From a virus (Duplodnaviria; Caudoviricetes): a stretch of 29,795 bases of DNA. How positions within the stretch are numbered: position 1 is the stretch's first letter; each line of letters opens with the position of its first letter. Below, piece after piece: positions 24,923 through 29,795 of this stretch. Position numbers and translations under genes: made by a program. The notes beneath the pieces were generated by a model. It saw only the letters and a program-made list of their open reading frames with translations, was not told where the DNA came from and made no database searches. Where the stretch lies: positions 1 through 29,795 of the IMG/VR virus record IMGVR_UViG_3300027838_000028. One strand, written 5' to 3'.

Positions 24923-25366
24923 ATGTATGACAACGAAGAAACGCGGCGCAGGCGAGTCGGAGGGCCCCAGGGCCTAATGATAACGAGCCACGTAGGCGGC
25001 ACAGGCGGGCCCAAGACGCTGCCCACGTCGGCCGACATCCTGATCGCCATGAAAGCGGCCAAGAAGGCTATGGACGAGATACCACGGCCGGAGTTCGACA
25101 TTCTGGTCGTAACGACGGAGTTGTACGGCCGGCTCTGTCAGGCGGTCGAGGCGAATGCCGTTGAACGAATGGACCCGCTTGGGTATTCCATGTTTTACGG
25201 CTTCCCTATCCACAGCGAGCCGGACCACAGCCGCGTGTTTTCTAGGGCGATGGCAATCTCGACATCGGAGCCGAGCAAGCGTGTTGGCTTCGAGATACGC
25301 AAGGGCGTTATTTACACGATACAGGACGGGGTTCCAGCCACGGCGGCCGACGATGGCGCTGAGTAA
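24923..25366 (+). CDS. Hypothetical protein
   Basis: GGAGG SD; abuts the upstream stop. Confidence 0.6.
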   Translation: MYDNEETRRRRVGGPQGLMITSHVGGTGGPKTLPTSADILIAMKAAKKAMDEIPRPEFDILVVTTELYGRLCQAVEANAVERMDPLGYSMFYGFPIHSEPDHSRVFSRAMAISTSEPSKRVGFEIRKGVIYTIQDGVPATAADDGAE

Positions 25367-25730
25367 ATGCGATACGTGCCTGGAAGAAGTGCCCAGCGAT
25401 GAGGTCTGCGAGGCCGTATCCGGCGGCTGGCTCTGCGATCTGTGTTGGGCGAAAATTGAAATCGAGGGCGACCGCGAGGAGGCCAAAAACGCTGCCTCTC
25501 CCCGCCCAAAGCAAGGTTCTGATAGCTTCCGCCACCTCATGGAATACGACGGAACGTGCCCCCATCGTGACCGCAAGGCGCTATCGCATCGGGAGGACAA
25601 ACTCCGCGCGGCCATCAAGAGCTTCTTGGGGATATGCCCGTCATCGGCTTTATTGCGCCGTATTGTCGACGCCCAGGTCAAGGAGAGCTTAGATTCCGCT
25701 AGCCAAGCACCGGAGCCCGATGTAGAATAA
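25353..25730 (+). CDS. Zn-finger-like hypothetical protein
   Basis: CDTC...CDLC. Confidence 0.55.
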   Translation: MALSKCDTCLEEVPSDEVCEAVSGGWLCDLCWAKIEIEGDREEAKNAASPRPKQGSDSFRHLMEYDGTCPHRDRKALSHREDKLRAAIKSFLGICPSSALLRRIVDAQVKESLDSASQAPEPDVE

Positions 25731-25739
25731 GGCGAACCT

Positions 25740-26837
25740 TTGGGGGTCAAGGGTTCTATTGTGGGCGTTTCAGCTATCCCCGCTGCGCTCTTCAAGCGCG
25801 CGTCTGCCGAGGTACGGCGGTCGGCGCTGAAAGAGTTTCGCAATTCTCCGATCGGCAAGGTTTCCAAGGAAATCGACGGGGTTCTGCGCCTGCACCGACG
25901 CACCGGCAAGTCGATAGACAAGCTGTTCGGTAATTTCGAGAAGGCCAAGAAAACGAGACTCGGGCCGGCTCTGGCCAATATGGGGATCAAAGAGCTTGAT
26001 CGCTACGCCAAGCAGACGGTTAAATCTGGCGTCACCGATCCGATCATGTCGGCCTTTTTCGACGCCCTGGGGCCCTTCGGCAAGGTGCTGCAACAGGTCA
26101 CAGGTGGCGACGGCCTCCAGCAATCACTAGACGCGGCCAGCGGGCTCCTACGGGCGTTTGGCTATGAGACGCTTTCCCCACCCGGAAGCAAGGGCCGCAA
26201 GGGTGAGCTAGACCGGATGGCCGACGCGCTCCGCCAGGCCGGCTACAACGTCGAAGCCCCAGGACAAAAGGCATCCGAAGCGGCCGGGCGTATGGCGATC
26301 ACCCCCGGATCTGAGCCGGGAGCCAAGGGGCGACGTCAACGCAAGACGGTCGACGTGTCGATCGGCGGTAAAAACAAGCGAATCCGCAAAGATGACCCGA
26401 TGTTTACCGGGGAAATGGTCGACGTCAGCAGTTCCAACGTGCATTCGGTCGGATACGACGCGAAAAGCGACCAGTTGGGCACGCTGAAAGTCCGGTTTCT
26501 GCAAAACAACAAGCCGGGCCCGCTCTATCACTATTACAGCGTGCCGGCCGAGATATTCCAAACGCTCCGCAAGTCCGGCCACCCGGGCAAGGTCGTCTGG
26601 TCGAAACTCCGCATTGAAGGCACCGTAAGCGGCCACCAGTACGATTACCGCCTAAAGGGGATCGTCGCCGGCTACGTGCCTCGAAAAGCCGTGTTCCTCG
26701 GCGGAGAGGCCCGACAAGAGGGCTTTAAGCCCAGGGGCTTCGCATCACACGACGGGCAGACATTTCGCAGCCGGCTCCCGATGGAAGTTCTCAGGGGCCT
26801 ACCGAATCGCGCCGCACCTAACACGGGGGCACCGTAA
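25740..26837 (+). CDS. KTSC-domain-containing protein (long basic N-terminus)
   Basis: VDVSSSNVHSVGYD...TLKVRF...LYHYYSVPAEIFQTL...HPGKVVWSKLR matches the KTSC pattern; start 25740 or 25761. Confidence 0.8.
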   Translation: MGVKGSIVGVSAIPAALFKRASAEVRRSALKEFRNSPIGKVSKEIDGVLRLHRRTGKSIDKLFGNFEKAKKTRLGPALANMGIKELDRYAKQTVKSGVTDPIMSAFFDALGPFGKVLQQVTGGDGLQQSLDAASGLLRAFGYETLSPPGSKGRKGELDRMADALRQAGYNVEAPGQKASEAAGRMAITPGSEPGAKGRRQRKTVDVSIGGKNKRIRKDDPMFTGEMVDVSSSNVHSVGYDAKSDQLGTLKVRFLQNNKPGPLYHYYSVPAEIFQTLRKSGHPGKVVWSKLRIEGTVSGHQYDYRLKGIVAGYVPRKAVFLGGEARQEGFKPRGFASHDGQTFRSRLPMEVLRGLPNRAAPNTGAP

Positions 26838-26915
26838 TGGTCAGATCAGCAACCGAAGCGGCTCAGGGCTGGATGGGCGGCGTAGAGGCCGCACAGATCA
26901 TAGGAGGGGCCCGCA

Positions 26916-27293
26916 ATGCCATCGCCTAGACCGTACCCGTTCGCCCAGTACGAAGATTCCGACGTGATCGTAGCGGCCCGGATGCGGACCAGTGACGGGG
27001 CGTACATTCTTGTCGCCAATACATCGACGATCGCCTACAAGGTTTACAACGCGGCCGGCACGCTCACCGATTCGGGTTCGCTCACCGTGGCGTCCGTGGT
27101 GTTCGACACGCTCGGCACAGATTCGGGCTGGGAGCAAGACAGCACCGGCTACAACTTCAAGGCCGATCTAGGGGTTACGGGGTTCGCGGTTCCCGGCAAT
27201 CACCGGGTCGAAATCACCTTTACGTTTTCGAGCCCGTCCGAGGTCAAAACGCTGGTGTTCGACGGCGTGATTCTCTCACTATTAGGATCGTAA
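26916..27293 (+). CDS. Hypothetical beta-rich protein (possibly virion-associated)
   Basis: AGGAGG SD; directly before the portal. Confidence 0.7.
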   Translation: MPSPRPYPFAQYEDSDVIVAARMRTSDGAYILVANTSTIAYKVYNAAGTLTDSGSLTVASVVFDTLGTDSGWEQDSTGYNFKADLGVTGFAVPGNHRVEITFTFSSPSEVKTLVFDGVILSLLGS

Positions 27294-27296
27294 ACA

Positions 27297-29183
27297 ATGG
27301 CCAAACGGAACGGAAAAGGCCGGGGCGCAAACGGCAACGTGACCCCAGCAGTACCGCGTGACAGCACGACCAACCGCGAGACAGCCCACGGGGCCAAGTC
27401 GGTGCTCACTCAGCGGCGAGTCGACCCAGCGGCGGCGGTTAAGGGTATGGCGCCTAACTACGGCCAAGAGGCCGTGCCGCATATCTATACGTTCGCCGGC
27501 CGGACCAGCACCGTCTCGAACGTCTACCGGCTGCCGGACGAAGCAATCCGCCACAACATGGAAAACGTCCGCCGGATGCGGAACGAATGCGGAATCATGG
27601 AATGCCTCGAAGGCAGGCAGCGCGGGACGGCTTTGCTCAATTGGCACCTAGAGGCCGAAGATCCAGACAGCGCCGACCAGAAGGATTTAGTAGAAAAGCT
27701 AACGGAAATCGTCAAGGCCACGCCCCGGTTCCTAGAGTACCGGACGAACATGCTTCACGCGCTCTGGTACGGACGCTACGGGATCGGTCACACTTTCCAG
27801 TACCGCAAGGTCAAAGGGCAGATGCGGGTCGTAGTAAGCCGCTGGACGCCCATCAACGGCGACAAGCTGGCGTTTCGCTATGACGACGGTTCTGGGCTAT
27901 TCGACGCGGAGGATGTTGGTATTCGAGTCGGGTCGACGTTCGGCCTGGGTGCTCGGGTCGGGGCTAATAATCGGTGGCGGGTCGAGGGGCTGAAGGGTCA
28001 GCAGCTATCGAACAAAACAGAGCCCACCGACTTCGGCCGGGCCTACTTCTTAGAGCCCTGGGAGCGGCCATTGCTCGGCGTTCACCGGCACATGATTGAG
28101 GACGGCGATTATTTCGACGCCCACAGCGCCGGCAGCGTCCACGGCATCGGTATCAGGTCGAGGATCTATTGGACGTGGTATTTGCATCAAGAGCTAGAAG
28201 CCATGATGCTCGAATATATCGAGCGATCGGCGTTTGGTTTTGAAATTTGGAAGTTCCCAGCCGGCAACGATGCGGCGGAGGCGGCCACCCGAAACGCGGC
28301 CGAGGAACGGATCGGCGGCGGGCGCAATGCCGTGCTGTTCCCAGTCCAACCGGGCGAAGATGCCCCGTTCTACGATTTAGAACATATCGAACCTGGGATG
28401 AGTGGAGTTAGTCAGGTGCAGGAGTTGCTCAAAAGTTATTTCGGCTGGAAGGTGAAAAGATACATCCTCGGGCAAGTGCTCACCAGCGAATCGGAGGCCA
28501 CCGGGCTAGGCTCAGGGGTCGCAGAGCTTCATTACGCGACCTACAGCGACATCATCAAGTACGACGCGACCAACCTCGAAGAGTCGATGACGCTCGAACT
28601 GGTGGAGCCGCTACAGCGTTTCAACTTCCCAGAGTCGGGCGGGATCAAGATCAAATTCGTCATCGACACCGAGGCGGCTGATAATGATAAGAAAATGGAG
28701 GCTTGGCGCGGGGCGTTCGACATGGGGCTGAAGCTCAACGCGAGCGACGTGGGGGACCTGATCGGTGCCAGCCTGGCGGAGGATCAACCGGAATACCTCG
28801 AAAATCCGCAGTTCCAAGAGCAGCCAGAAATGGGCGGGATGCCTGGGATGGGCGGAGAAATGCCACCGGGCATGGGACCGGACGGCCAACCGATGGGCAC
28901 GCCGACAAGCGGCGACAGCCAGGGGATGCAGATCGCCGACGAAATGGCGATGTCTGGGGGCCAACCGGACGCTCCCACGGAATCCTACAAAAAGGGCTTC
29001 GGCAAAATCGACTGGTCGGACAAGTACGAAAATCCCGGCACGACGGTCAAGGTTCCCCCAGGCGGCTACGATCTTGCGGAGTCCCGCGCGGCCCCAGGCC
29101 AGAACGTGGTCACGCAAGCAACCAAGGCGGCGGTACATTACAAGCCGGCTGGCGATCGGGCCGGATGCGGCGACTGTGCGTAA
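27297..29183 (+). CDS. Portal protein, DUF935/Mu gp29-like, with low-complexity C-terminal extension
   Basis: MLHALWYG, IERSAFG, ILGQVLTS...GVAELH...LVEPLQRFNFP motifs; located downstream of TerL. Confidence 0.85.
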   Translation: MAKRNGKGRGANGNVTPAVPRDSTTNRETAHGAKSVLTQRRVDPAAAVKGMAPNYGQEAVPHIYTFAGRTSTVSNVYRLPDEAIRHNMENVRRMRNECGIMECLEGRQRGTALLNWHLEAEDPDSADQKDLVEKLTEIVKATPRFLEYRTNMLHALWYGRYGIGHTFQYRKVKGQMRVVVSRWTPINGDKLAFRYDDGSGLFDAEDVGIRVGSTFGLGARVGANNRWRVEGLKGQQLSNKTEPTDFGRAYFLEPWERPLLGVHRHMIEDGDYFDAHSAGSVHGIGIRSRIYWTWYLHQELEAMMLEYIERSAFGFEIWKFPAGNDAAEAATRNAAEERIGGGRNAVLFPVQPGEDAPFYDLEHIEPGMSGVSQVQELLKSYFGWKVKRYILGQVLTSESEATGLGSGVAELHYATYSDIIKYDATNLEESMTLELVEPLQRFNFPESGGIKIKFVIDTEAADNDKKMEAWRGAFDMGLKLNASDVGDLIGASLAEDQPEYLENPQFQEQPEMGGMPGMGGEMPPGMGPDGQPMGTPTSGDSQGMQIADEMAMSGGQPDAPTESYKKGFGKIDWSDKYENPGTTVKVPPGGYDLAESRAAPGQNVVTQATKAAVHYKPAGDRAGCGDCA

Positions 29184-29795
29184 CCACGTGGTAACAAGCA
29201 ATGCCATCTGGTGACGGGCAAGATCAGCAAAGACGACACTTGCGACCTGTTCACCGATACGGCCGCGTACGCGCGAATGACCGACGCGGAGAAGTACCGA
29301 AAAGAGCGATATGACACGCAAATGGGGTTCTGGAATGAAGAGGACCACCCCAGGGACGGCGGGAAGTTCGCGACGAAAGAGGGCAGCGGGCCCAGCGGCG
29401 AGGATGAAAATTCACGGCGGTACGGGGACGATGAGCCAGAGGACGCCCCCGCCCTACAGGGCGACAAGCCAAAACCGGGGGAAACGCCTTCCGAGTACAT
29501 GGACCGGATGCTGGGGGCGATCGGGTCAGACCAGCGGAAAGTCGGCGATCCAGCCGCGTACAAGCATTATCTGGCCATCTGGGACGCTCACCAGCGGAAC
29601 GAATCCGCCGGCACCCCAGAGGCCCCAGCAGAGCCAAGCCCCGGGGGCGATCACGCGGAAATGTCGGCATGGCTCGGCACGATCGCCGACACCGACTACA
29701 GCGAGAACACGGGCCGCGACATCAAGCAATTAGCCGCTCGCAAGATTGTCGAGGACTTCGACACCGGGCTAGAGTACCGGGTGGCCAAGATCGGC
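29184..29795 (+). CDS. Open in-frame continuation of the portal (204 codons, runs off the window); either a readthrough extension or a separate gene from GTG 29211/ATG 29277
   Basis: PRGNKQCHLVTGKISKDDTCDLF...FWNEEDHPRDGGKFATKEG...; no stop to the window end. Confidence 0.7.

Larger units (their letters stand above)
1..29795. mobile_element. Tailed bacteriophage or prophage genome segment (early, replication, lysis-like and packaging modules)
   Basis: TerS, TerL, portal, YqaJ/RecT-like pair, phage replication initiator, RusA-like gene and dense small coupled ORFs; no host housekeeping genes seen. Confidence 0.95.

Noticed and set aside
28830-28960. GGGATG-rich repeats in the portal tail
   Set aside because: Explained by a Met/Gly/Pro low-complexity protein linker
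1-29795. Genome-wide stop-codon reassignment (TAG or TAA)
   Set aside because: CsrA, the annealase and several coupled genes end at TAG at plausible lengths, and many others end at TAA; long conserved genes are not repeatedly interrupted
1-29795. Diversity-generating retroelement, retron or transposon
   Set aside because: No reverse transcriptase, transposase or long TR/VR repeat pair was recognised

Overview
This window is a GC-rich segment of a tailed-phage (Caudoviricetes) genome or prophage. No integrase, tRNA, rRNA or CRISPR array is visible. A pair of near-consensus divergent sigma70-type promoters at ~5680-5815 splits it into two arms. The left arm (minus strand) has small hypothetical genes joined by repeated stop/RBS/start junction sequences, a stand-alone LexA-type DNA-binding domain and an XRE HTH. 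It then carries a tightly coupled modification cluster: GT-B/GT4 glycosyltransferase, PIG-L-type de-N-acetylase, two SAM methyltransferases, a Zn-finger protein and a DPPY DNA methyltransferase that runs off the left edge and is missing from the ORF track. The right arm (plus strand) starts with an HTH, a ParB-like protein and a YqaJ exonuclease + RecT-like annealase pair. Next come a multi-hairpin non-coding region, an HNH-like protein, a replication initiator with an internal iteron-like origin, a helicase-loader-like protein, a RusA-like resolvase and CsrA. After these are two papain-fold enzymes with membrane proteins, a LamG-like protein that probably starts at ATT, and TerS and TerL in frame with only a TAG between them. 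About 4.3 kb of accessory genes (including a KTSC-domain protein) then precede a DUF935-type portal. The portal frame continues past a single TAA that splits a HiPIP-like 4-Cys motif. Best candidates for new biology: the sugar-transfer/deacetylation/methylation cluster, the hairpin RNA with anti-Shine-Dalgarno loops, the junction-repeat gene array and the interrupted portal extension. All family assignments come from motif recognition by eye, not from database searches.
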